A DNA stretch of 64,000 bases from Rhizophagus irregularis (taxonomy: Eukaryota), in NCBI RefSeq assembly GCF_026210795.1, contig NC_089433.1:2976001-3040000 (forward strand), read 5' to 3'. Of the stretch, positions 49,912-62,057 are shown piece after piece; positions within the stretch are counted from its first letter, which is position 1; each line of letters starts with the position of its first letter. The translations under genes were made by a program, and so were the position numbers. Below the pieces are notes generated by a model. That model saw only the letters and a list, made by a program, of their open reading frames with translations. It made no database searches and had not been told where the DNA came from.

Positions 49912-52835
49912 GCTGCAAGTAGGATTATTTAAACAATGGTAAGAAAAATTCATGCGAATTTTCTTGGTACTGCTTAATTCTAAAGTTTAAATGCTGATTA
50001 ATGAAATTCTGATCGTTAAGAAAAATTCATGAGAATTTTTCTTAACACTGTTTAATTTTTAAGGTTTAAATGTGATACTGCTTATTTTAATCGTGACTTT
50101 AATTTATTAATTAGCATTAAAATAAGCGGTATCACATTTAATTTTTAAGCAGTATCAAGAAAATTCTTGCGAATTTTTCTTTTTTCTATCAACGTAGAAG
50201 TGTCTCGCAAATATTTGTTATCATTTATTTTCTTTTTCTTTAAGAATAGTATAAATATGGAATTTACAAATATGGCTGCTTATTTATTATTCTTTAATTG
50301 TTTGTTCATTCTTCATTGAGAATACGCATTTCACTTTGACATCAAATTTTGCCGTATACTTTGCATATATAGTGCAGTGAAGTCTTCGAAGACTGTAATT
50401 TAAATTTGAGATACTATTTTACGAAAAAGATGAAGGGTACTATGTTATACTATATATTTCGTGGATATTTTCTTGCTTACATGATTTGTTTCTGCAATTC
50501 TTTAACTATAACTAACTATTAACTAATAATGCCATAAAGCCCATAATGACCATAAATCAATATTTTGATAAAAAATTTTGAAATTCAAAAAAATCAACAT
50601 CAAATTGTATTTTTGTCTTTTTCTTTTTAATATACCAAGTTAATATTGAAATGATATCATGTCGATATCGTGTCAATATCACTTTTTTGACGATATCAAA
50701 GCGATGTCAATTCGATATTTCTTCACATATATATTTTCCTGATATCTTTTCAATATACTGAGTCAATATTAATACAATATCATATTGATATCATATTTAT
50801 TTCACATTTTTTAAAGAAATTATCGCTATTGAAATGATATCATAACGATGCCAATTTGATATCTTTTCAAATAAACATTTTTACAATATCAATTTGATAT
50901 ACTGTGTTATTATCAAAATAATATTACAGTAATATCATAATGATATTGTCCCATAAATTGATATCACCGTGATATGAATTTAACATCGTGATTATATCAA
51001 TTCGGCATAGTCTGAAAACTTAAGGTTTCTGTAAAGTACAATATAAGCAAAATGAACGTATTAAGTTAAAATGATAAACTACTTTTGAATATACTCACGC
51101 TCCTAGTTTCAAATCCCGCTCTTTCAAATAAATCCCTAGGAGTTAAATTATCACTAATAATTAATTCATTATTTTTCAAAAAATAAACTTTATCATCGAG
51201 AATAAAAGGGATAAATTCTTTATTTTCTTTATTTTCTTTAAACATAAAAAAATAGCTCTCTTCTTTAATGGAATCTATAATTGTTTTTAAACTTTTGACA
51301 AGTTTATCTTATTTTCCCGCAGACAAATCCATGATATTAAAAAAAATTTTAATTTTATCAGAGTTTCAGAGACTTTTTATAATTGTTTTTTCAATAATAA
51401 TTACACATACGAAACAAACTCGTTGCGAGTTACTATGTATGATGGGCAAAATAAACTTGTTGCGCGTTAACTTTTGTGATGGGATAAGCATACTCATTGC
51501 GCGTTATCCGCTATAGTAGGATAAACAGGATAATAAATACCATGTGTGACGGGCAAAGCAAACTCGCTGCGCGTTAACTTTTATGATGGGGGTAAGCACC
51601 ATGTATGACAGGCAAAACAAACTCGTTGCACGTTATAATTGACGGACGTCAAAACAAGTACGCGTTACGTACTTGATGTGGCATAATGAATATTGTTTTG
51701 CGCTATTTATGACAGGCATATCGACACGTACACGCTATAATAATAACATGTTCCGTTATAACACCAACAATTTTATTATAAAATTTCTATCCCCACGTAA
51801 CCGGTGATATTTAAGGGAATGTGAAAAAATAAATTTTATGAGGCAAAAAAAAACTAAGTCCCTCAGATAAATATAAAAAGTGAAAACACGGTAGGGTGTG
51901 ATGCCGGTGATGAATTTTACAAAATCACGTGGGGTGGAAAATTTGTTGATGTTACTGAGGAAGCTAATAATGACGGGCACACTGATATATGTGCGTTTGG
52001 CTTAAAATTCTTTCTTTAGAAACAGCGAAAATCTTTTTGAAACAGTTGAAATTCGCAAAAAAGGTAGGTTTGGACTACATATTGAGAATTTTTGGAATTT
52101 TAATGTAGGAACGCTACTGACGCTTCATTTTCTTTTATTTTTAGTTTAAGCTCGCAAGGAATCTTCTTAGATAAAAGAGAAAAGAAAGTTAGCCACGTAT
52201 CTGTTATAAGAATTTGTGTTTTGAAATTATTGACTTAATTACTAATCTGTTATGGTAAACATATATTGTGGTTACAATTTTTTATATAAATAATTTGATT
52301 TTTTTTTGTTTAAACGAAATGCAAAACAACAAGTTTGATTCAGATTCAGAAGAGAAGGGTCCCAATATCTACGATTATTCCGATTCAGATGAGAATGATC
52401 CAAATTTGATATCTCGTTTAAAGTCTTTAAAACTGCAATCATGCAATCGATCAAGTTTATTTTCCGCTGACTGAGTTATCAATTAAGTTTGTGGCTGATT
52501 GAGTGGGTCACTGATTTGAGAATTTTTATATTAAAAGCCATCAAAAAGCACATGATAACCTTGACATTTTAAATATGCTCATAGTGATTACGTAAAAGTT
52601 CTACAAAAGGCCTACTTCTCTTATTAGCGTTAGACATATGTAATAAACTCCACGTGATTTCTTATCAATTTGTTGAATTTCTTTTTTTAGTATCATTACA
52701 TCATAAATAGTTTTGATGTAACTATAATATCTTATATAATAACAATTAACGATAAAGTTATATTTCTTTCTAATTATTCCAATTTCTAATGCAGTAGATT
52801 GAAGATTCAATTAACAATGACTTACTCAAACTGTA

Positions 52836-55526
52836 CAGCTTGAGAACCTTAGTCACAACAAATTTAGTACACTATTTTTAAAATGTATCTACTTTTTGAA
52901 AAATAAAATTATTTTTAAAAACTCATCGTACTTTAATGTAATTTATCTTCAGCTTTTGAATTACGATGAGATTTTTTAAATCTGATTACTCCTTAAAAAG
53001 TTATTGTCAAATTTTCATGTGTAAATTTCCTTAGTTATATATATGAGATCTTTAAATTTGGCACCAATAAGATTTTCGCACCTATTGCTCAAATAAGCTG
53101 AAAAAAAAAATTTTTTTGATTAAATTTTTTTTTTCCATTTTTATTATGCCACCACTTTCAAAACGTGGAAAACAAATAAAAAGTTTAGCTAAAAATAAAC
53201 AAGAAAAAAATAAAAATAAGCTTTTGGTGCCTTTAGATGTTAATAATAATTTAGATGATGATAATTCAGACAATGAAGAATTTATATGGGGAGATGTTGA
53301 GCTTGACGAAAAGCTGAAACTTTTGTTGGAGTCTTATTAAACGGAATGAAAAATTATGTGCTATCTGTCTGAAAATCAGTTTATATTGGAAATTCTGTTC
53401 GAACAAAAAAAAGAAAAAAAGCACAAGCCAAAAAGCTTTTGGCTGAAAATGGTCAGCAAATAACAAATTTTTTTAATCCAGTCACTTCAATCTCACCCAC
53501 CTAGCGATCCTGATAAACCTGATAATCAATCCGATAATCAAAATTCTGATGATCAAAATTCTGAATGTAAAGAACATTTTAATTATGAACAATTAATTAA
53601 ATCTCTCGAAAATGAAGTAAAGAGTGGTAATTTGGATAGTGGATATAAATTAAGGCTAACTGCCTTATTGCAGTATCTTAGACTTATTAATCATGAAGAA
53701 CCAAAAATCAAAACAAGCCTCAGTATTGCACAGCAATTAAATAAAGGGCCATACTTTGCACGTTGTCTTAGAGAATGGGAAAAATTGGTAAAGAATGGTG
53801 AAACTATTCCAATTTCAAAACGGGAAAAACACTGCAAAATTAAAAGTTTACTTGATGATGAAGATGTTCAAATGCAAATAGCAACATATTTACATGAAAA
53901 CAAATTTGAATTTTATGTTGCTGATTTTGTTGATTATGTAAAAAATGTTGTTTTCCCATCACTTGGAATTGAACAGGAAACAACAATTAGGTTTGAATTA
54001 AAAAATCTTGTTTTATTGATTTAAAATTAATTTGAATTTTCAATTTAGCACAAGAATGACAAGAAATTGGCTTAATAAAATGGGATTTGAGTTTAAACAA
54101 TTTAAAAAAGGTGTTTATGTTGATGGTCATGAAAGACCTGATGTAATTGCGTATAGGTCAAAGTTTTTGGAGCAAATGGCGAGGTAAAAAATTCTAATAT
54201 CTTAAATTATTTTTAATTTTTTTTTATTCAATTAATTTTATTAAATCCAGTTACGAAAAATTAATGCCAAAATTTGAGGATGATAATCTGGAAATTCAAA
54301 TTAATCCTAATTTACAAGAAAATGAACATTTGCATATTCTGGTAACTCATGATGAAACCACTTTTCATTCTAATGATGGGAGGCAATCTGGATGGGCATC
54401 ACATGGAGAGCAACCACTTCGCAAGAAAGGAAGAGAAAGAAGTATTCATGTTAGCGATTTTTTGTGTGAAACAATTGGACGATTACAATTAAGTGAAGAA
54501 CAAAAACTGTCAGAAGTTGCTAATAATATTCCATATGAAGCTAGAGTAATAATGAATCCAGAAACAAATTATGACGGTTGGTGGAATGTTGAATTATTAG
54601 TTCAACAAGTAATTGATTTTATTTTACTTTATTTTTAATTATTTTTTTTTTTATTATTATTGAAATAAATTTAATGGTTTTATAGGTTGTTGATCGTGCA
54701 ATCCCAATATTTGAAGCAACTCATCCTGGAGCTGTTGCAGTTTTTGCATTTGATAATTTCACTTCACATGGTGCATTTAGTTCTGATGCTCTTATTGCGA
54801 GCCATATGAATGTGGGACCAGGTGGTAAACAACCAAAAATGAGAAACACTATTTTTAATGGTAATGTTCAATTTATGAATTTTCCTGACAATCATCCTGA
54901 AGAATCTCTTCGTGGAAAACAAAAAGGAATGAAGCAAATTTTATATGAACGCCAATTATTAACACCAGGTTTAAAAGGTTTTTGTAAAAATAAGGAAACA
55001 ATAGATAATCAATGCTGTATGCAACATATTTTAGAAAATCAACCTGATTTTCTTGCCCAGAAATGCATGATTTAAGAAATTATTGAAAGTAAGGGTCACA
55101 AGGTAATTTTCTATCCAAAATTTCACTGCGAGCTTAATTACATTGAAATGTATTGGAGTGCTACAAAACGTTATTCAAGAAATAATTGTAACTATACATG
55201 GAATGGCTTGCAGCAAGTTGTTCCTGTTGCATTAGATCATGTTTCTTTATTAGAGATAAGAGCATTTGCTAGAAAATCTTTTAGATATATGGATGCATAT
55301 AGGAAGGGATTAAATGTGAAACAGGCGGAATATGCAGTTAAAAAGTATAAAAGACATCGTGTAATTCCTAATAATATACTTCAAGATATTTTAACCAAAT
55401 TTTAGTTTTTAAATTTGGCCAAAATTATAATAAATTCTTAATGCAGGCCGAAATCACGTGATCTTTTTTAAAAAATAAATTTGGCACCTAATATTAAATG
55501 TTGCTGCGGCTAGAGTTCTCGAGCTG
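52836..55526 (+). mobile_element. IS630/Tc1/mariner-superfamily DNA transposon, full length
   Basis: TIR cagct(t/c)gagaac..tag(t/c)c(a/g)ca(a/g)caa, about 26 bp; TA duplication at 52834-52835 and 55527-55528. Confidence 0.9.
53146..55405 (+). pseudogene. DDE transposase of the Tc1/IS630-type element, intron-containing, disrupted
   Basis: YVDGHERPDV, THDETTFHSNDG, FAFDN..SH, FYPKFHCELNYIEMYW; stops or frameshifts near 53340, 53500 and 55073. Confidence 0.88.
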
Positions 55527-56363
55527 TACAAATATGAAGAATTTAAAAATGTTATTAAGATATATGAAGGTCATTGCTTAGAAGTATACAGCATGGTTTA
55601 CAAAACTCATCATTTTGCGATAAAATCACTACTTTATGATAATGATAAATGCATGAATGAAATGTTCTGTGAGGTTGTTATTGCATATTTTGCTGTTTAT
55701 TTTAAGATAAATTAAAAATTTTTTTCGGCATTTATTTAGATTCAACTTTATCGTCAAGTGAATTACTGTTCTGTTTCAACAATATATGGAGTGACTAGAA
55801 AAGGTATATTAAATTAATTTTAAAAAAATAAAAAATTTCATTAAATTAACATTTAAATTATAAGGAAAGGATAAGCCATTTTCCTTAGTATTGGAATTTG
55901 CAGAAAATGGGAAAATAATTGAGTATTTTCAAAATAGTCGTCAAACTATTTATATGGACGATTTTGTAAATATAATTGTGCAAATTGCGAGATTAATATT
56001 ATATTTGCACGAAGAAGATATTTTTGGCATCAATATTGTATGATAATTTCTTATAAAAATTTGCATATTATTTTAAATCAATTATTATTAAATTATTCTG
56101 ATTTTCAGAGTTCCAATATTTTACTTGATAAAAAGGGAAGAGTTAAACTGTCAAGTTTGGAGCTATCAAATAGAATTTTAAAAAGTTTTCAAAGCAAAAA
56201 TCAAGATATTATTGATTTTGGATCCATTTTTAAAGTTATTAAGTTTAAGGATGGAGAATACAACAAATTACTTAAAGGTAATGAATTTACTTATTATTAA
56301 TTTTTATAATTATTGTACTAATCATACCAACATTATTGTGACAGATTGTATAAATACTAGAAG

Positions 56364-56642
56364 CACTGATAAAAAAATGATTTATCCTACACATATCTTA
56401 CACATATTGGGTACTCAAAATGTAGAAAATCATACACAAATAATACACATATCATACACATATCGGGTACTAATATATATATCATACATATATCAGGTAC
56501 CTGATAGGTATACTATATATATAAATACCCGATATGTGTATGATATGTGTATTATTTGTGTATGATTTTCTACATTTTGAGTACCTGATATATGTAAGAT
56601 ATGTGTAGGATATGTGTAAGATAGACCATTTTTTTACCAGTG
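56364..56642. mobile_element. 279-bp CACTA/EnSpm MITE
   Basis: CACTG...CAGTG TIR; 3-bp TSD AAG; near-identical to 59493-59771. Confidence 0.93.
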
Positions 56643-57554
56643 AAGCCTAGAAGATTGTATTAATAGATTGAAATCTATAGGTCGATCTACTAAAGGTAAA
56701 TGATGTAATTTATGACTATTATTAGTTCAAAAGCTAATTAATTTATGAATAGGACGGAAAGTCGAAATTGTCATAGTGAAAAAATGAAAAAAAACATCTA
56801 GTACATTTTATAGTGTATTAAGTCATAAAAATCTAAAGTATAATAATAAGAATAGTATCGCATTTAAAGTTAAATTGAAATGAACGGAAAGCATTGGCAA
56901 AAGAGTAAAAAACCAACATATTGAAATGAAATGAAAAAAATAATACAAATGTAATTATTTGATTTAGTTAATATATGATGACAACGATTATAGGTTTGAA
57001 ATTAGGCAAATATTAAATTTAAAGCACAATGCAATACAATTAGTGTTCCAAACGGATCAGATCAGACCGGATTTTAGTCAAATCTGATCTGATCCAAATT
57101 CGAATCAAATAAAATCAGATTCGATCCGATCTGATCCAAATCCCAACTGATTTGATTTGATCCGATCCGGATCCGATCTGGATCCGAATCGGTTTTCATA
57201 ATTAAATCAAATAAAAAAGTCTTTCGCAACGTTTTTTTAATATAGTTATAAGACATTGCGAAATGACTTTTTATTGACAAATTATCAAATAAAAAACGTT
57301 TTTCGCAACGTTTTTATTAATACAGTTAAAAACCATTGCAAAAATGATTTTTATCGGTAAATTATCAAATAAAAACGTTTTGCAACGTTTCTCATTAATA
57401 CAGTTAAAAAATGTTGCAAAAGACGTTTTTTTATTAAATAAATATCTTTTCGCTACTTTTTTTACTAACACGGTTAAAAACCGTAGGGAAAAGCATTTTT
57501 TTTTGTTAATGTATAAATAAAAACGTTAAAAAAATGGTATTATATTATGAAAAA

Positions 57555-59160
57555 AATGACATTTCGGCATCTTTTCATATTATTTTATGAAAAAAGATGC
57601 CGAAAAAGCATCTTTTTCATTTTTTTTTACAAAAAAGATGCTGAAATGGCATCTTTTCGTATTGTTTTATCAAAAGAGATGCCGTTCTGGCATCTTTTCG
57701 TATTATTTTATAAAAAAGATGCCGAAACGGCATTTTTTTCATTTTTTTTTTATCAAAAAAGATGCTAAAACAGCATCTTTTCATATTATTTTATGAAAAA
57801 GATGCCAAAATGGCATTTTTTTCATTTTTTTATCAAAAAAGATGCTGTTTCGGCATCTTTTTGTATTATTTTATGAAAAAAGATGCCGAAACGGCATCTC
57901 TTTCATTTTTTTATCAAAAAAGATGCCATTTCGGCATCTTTTCGTATTATTTTATCAAAAAAGATGTCGTTTCGCATCTTTTTCATTTTTTTTATCAAAA
58001 AAGATGCCGTTTCGGCATTTTTTTGTATTATTTCATGAAAAGAGATGCTGAAACGGCATTTTTTTCATTTTTTTCATTTTTTTTATCAAAAAAGATGCCG
58101 AAACAGCATCTTTTTGTATTATTTCATGAAAAGAGATGCCGAAATAACATCTTTTCGTATTATTTCATGAAAAGAGATGCTGAAACAGCATCTTTTCGTA
58201 TTATTTTATGAAAAAGATGCCGAAACAGCATTTTTTCATTTTTTTATCAAAAAAGATACCGTTTCAGCATCTTTTCGTATTATTTTATGAAAAAAGATGC
58301 CGAAACAGCATTTTTTCATTTTTTTATCAAAAAAGATACCGTTTCAGCATCTTTTCGTATTATTTTATGAAAAAAGATGCCGAAATAGCATCTCTTTCAT
58401 TTTTTTTTATCAAAAAAGATGCTGTTTCGGCATCTTTTCGTATTATTTTATCAAAAAAGATGCCGTTTTGCATCTTTTTCATTTTTTTTATCAAAAAAGA
58501 TGCCGTTTCGGCATCTTTTCATATTATTTTATGAAAAGAGATACCGAAACGACATCTTTTTGTATTATTTCATGAAAAGAGATGCCGAAACGGCATTTTT
58601 TTCATTTTTTTTATCAAAAAAAATGCCAAAACAGCATCTTTTTGTATTATTTTATGAAAAGAAAAGATGCGAAACAGCATCTTTTTGTATTATTTTATGA
58701 AAAGAGATGCTGAAACGGCATCTTTTCATATTATTTTATGAAAAAGATGCTGAAATGGCATTTTTTTCATTTTTTTTTATCAAAAAAGATGCTGAAACGG
58801 CATTTTTTCATTTTTTTTATCAAAAAAGATGCCGAAACGGCATTTTTTCATTTTTTTTATCAAAAAAGATGGTGAAATGGCATTTTTTTCATTTTTTTAT
58901 CAAAAAAGATGCCAAAACGGCGTCTTTTCATATTATTTCATGAAAAGAGATGTTATTTCAGCATCTTTTCGTATTATTTTATGAAAAAAGATGCCAAAAT
59001 GGCATCTCTTTCATTTTTTTTATTAAAAAAGATGCCGTTTCGCATCTTTTTCATTTTTTTTATCAAAAAAGATGCTGTTTTGGCATCTTTTCATATCATT
59101 TTATGAAAAAAGATGCCGTTTTTCGGCGTCTTTTTCATTTTTTTTATCAAAAAGCACCGA
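57555..59160. repeat. Array of about 40 palindromic units
   Basis: aaaagatgccgaaacggcatctttt in both orientations, separated by two linker types (cgtattattttatg, tcattttttttatc). Confidence 0.92.
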
Positions 59161-59381
59161 ATCAGCGTTTTTTCATAAAATTCTGATTTAATCTTTTAAT
59201 TTATTGATGGTCAATTAACAAGTCTGCTTGACTTTACACATTATGTTTCATTTAAACTTTATTTATAATTAAATCTATTTACAAATGAATTAAACCTATT
59301 TATAATAATAGAGATATTATCAAAGATAAAATAAGAAATATTAAAATTATTAAACTAACTACTGTTAAACAATGATAATGA

Positions 59382-61967
59382 TCACCACGACCTTAAACAT
59401 AAACACATTCTTATAGTTTTCCCAACCAACCGGTTTCTTTTATCAGTAATCAAATTTTTTCCTGATGAAAAAACTTGCTTAGAAGGTACACTCACTGGTA
59501 AAAAAATGATTTATCCTACACATATCTTACACATATTGGGTACTCAAAATGTAGAAAATCATACACAAATAATACACATATCATACACATATCGGGTACT
59601 AATATATATATCATACATATATCAGGTACCTGATAGGTATACTATATATATAAGTACCCGATATGTGTATGATATGTGTATTATTTGTGTATGATTTTCT
59701 ACATTTTGAGTACCCGATATATGTAAGATATGTGTAGGATATGTGTAGGATAGACCATTTTTTTACCAGTGACTTGTGGCTGGGATTGATAAAAAATCAC
59801 GTGCCATTTTAGCAAGGCTTGGAAATTGTTGCTCATTATTCTTCCACCATTCAAGTGGATCTTCGTTTCCATCAAGCTGGGGTAAAGAAAGATATATTTG
59901 GTATTCATCAGCAGAACTTTCCACACGACGACATTTGAATACACAGGACATTACTGACTTTTCTTTATTAGGAGTTTCAGTTTGATCAGATTGAATAGAA
60001 ACAGCATATGATTTATTATACATACTTAAAAACCTAAAAATTTAATAAAATTATAAAATTAGTATATATAATTGTAAATAATATAAATAATTAGTAAAAT
60101 ACTAACTTTTGTTGGATATCATTTATTAATTCATCTCCCCATTCATTATCCTTGTAATATTGTAATTTCAATCTTGGATCCAAAATAGTAGAAATTAAAT
60201 ATGAATAATTTGTCTTGTTGTAATACTCCAGCAATTTTAATCTGCATATTTTCGCAGCATTTTTTATAATTTGACTCCATTCATTCTCATTGTTGTTGCC
60301 ACTATTAGCTTCAGATTCATCATCTACATCTTCAATAACTTCCTCATTTTTATCTCCAATAACATTTACATCTCCAATAACATTTTCAACATGATCAATA
60401 AGAATATTATATAAAGGAATAGTAGCAGAAAGTGTTGGATAAGTAAATCCAGACATTATAGTTGAAATAGAAATAAAAAATCCTTAATTTTTTCAAGTTC
60501 AGCCCATTGATTCTCTGTAAGTAAATATTTTTTAAGATCACGATCATTAAGTGTAACAGAATCAATGGCCTAATTATATAATTAAAATTAATAAATAATT
60601 GAAATTATTAAAAACTTAATATTTACAAAAATCAACTTACAATTTTTAATTGTAATGATCTTGAAATCATTTCGTAAGTGGAATTCCACCTCGTGGGTAC
60701 GTCAGGTATAAGTGTTAAATCCTTTAATTGATTATTTTTACATGCCATTTTTAATTTTTCATGACGTAAAGAAGATGCACGAATTCTATTAACAAGATCT
60801 CTAAGCTGTAAGATATAATAATTTTATTAGTATTAAAAAAAGAATTTATAAAATAATAAATAAGTTAAATAATAATTTTACCTTAGAAATTTCACTTTCC
60901 AATTGGGTCAATGCTGCTTGAACACTTAAATTAATGACATGGGCAAAACACCTAAAATGATTATCATTTTTATCAAAAGAAATTCTTTTGACTATTGCCC
61001 AATTAGTTAATAAACGAATGAATACTGCATTATTTGACGCATTATCTAATGTAATGCCCATTAACTATAAATATTAAATATTGGTAAATTTGATAATTAA
61101 TTAAATTAAAATCAAAATAAACTAATAAAAAATAAAAATACTTTTTTTTCCATTGAAAAATACTCTAAACCTGTTACAAATGTTTCTTTTAAATTTTGCC
61201 CAGTATGTGAATCAAACATTTCAAAAAAATCCAACAGTATATGTTGTAATTTCCAGTCTTTATCAATAAAATGTGCAGTTATTGATAAAAATGATTTGAC
61301 TGAAGGACTGGTCCAGCAGTCAATTGTAAATGAAATTTTTCCTGGAATATTTAACAAAATATTTTGAACTTTTTCTCTGTCAGTTCTATAAAAATTCGAA
61401 ATATGAGATTTAATTGTGTCAGCACTGGGAATTTTCGCAGTAGGGTGTAATGAATGTATAAAATTGATAAATTCTGGCTCCTCAGCAATTGTAAATGCAT
61501 GTTGTTTAATAACAATCCATTTTACCAGATTATTTATCATTTCATTATGATCATATGACCACTAAATAATAATACAATTATCTATTAATTAATAAAATTT
61601 ATGAAATAAAAATAAAATAAGAAGTTATTTTTACCTTTAGTGCTTTTAACATTTCTAAAACATTTACTCCAGTTGACTGAGTTTCTTGCTGTATAGAATG
61701 AACATTTTTTAAATGTTTTGTTATATTTGTAGTACTACCTCCAAAACATATATAAGTTTTGCTGCAATAAGTACAGGTAGCTCTTTTATTATATTTAAAA
61801 TTTTCATCTTTTTTGAAATGGCTCCATACAAAACTGCCTTGATTATTTTGAGCATTTTCTAACGATTCTAAATTACTTAATCTTCTTGCTGGTGTTGCCG
61901 GTAGGGACGCATCAATTTCATCCTCAGAATTATGACAACTTCCTTCATTGTTGTCTTCTGCGTCCAT
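59382..61967 (-). pseudogene. hAT transposase (BED zinc finger, DDE core, C-terminal dimerisation domain) interrupted by a CACTA MITE
   Basis: VWSHF...CTYC...STTNITKHLKNVH; ISFTIDCWTS; ITLDNASNN; RCFAHVINL; PTRWNSTY; LDPRLK; DPLEWWK...FPSLAKMARDFLSIPATS|VPSKQVFS...CLRSW*. Confidence 0.92.
59493..59771. mobile_element. 279-bp CACTA/EnSpm MITE inside the hAT transposase
   Basis: cactggtaaaaaaatg...cattttttaccagtg; 3-bp TSD ACT. Confidence 0.95.
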
Positions 61968-62057
61968 AGTTAGTTTACAAAAAAAATAAACCGAAAATCT
62001 TTAAAAAAATTTTTTGGTGCTACATATGTTGGTTGATAAACATCATGATTATCAACT

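Larger units (their letters stand above)
41458..50275. mobile_element. Candidate 8.8-kb segment bounded by inverted repeats, with cargo
   Basis: About 70-bp inverted repeats ccata(c/t)ttgtaaattccatatttatact...aaatatttgcgaga at 41458-41526 and 50203-50275, each with mirror-oriented satellite on its inner side. No TSD seen. Confidence 0.55.
52319..56760 (+). pseudogene. Protein kinase-like (TKL-type) pseudogene interrupted by two transposons
   Basis: Removing the Tc1 element joins IEDSINNDLLKL|YKYEEFKNVIKIYEG...VY...FAIKSL; later LVLEFAENGKI, LYLHEEDI, SSNILLDKKGRVKLS. Gly loop, HRD and DFG are degenerate. Ends are approximate. Confidence 0.65.
57041..62057 (-). mobile_element. Autonomous-type hAT transposon (one end visible; the other probably beyond the window)
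   Basis: Terminus tagtgttccaaacgg followed by (gatcc/gatct)n subterminal repeats, palindrome arrays and a hAT transposase gene. Confidence 0.7.

Noticed and set aside
51400..52000. CG-richer patch with aaactcgttgcgcgtta repeats as an RNA gene
   Set aside because: No tRNA, rRNA or snRNA features and no definable termini.
56212..56565. ORF shared with 59506-59694 as a duplicated gene
   Set aside because: The shared part is the non-coding CACTA MITE.
57547..59186. Many overlapping K/F-rich ORFs
   Set aside because: They are translations of the palindrome array.
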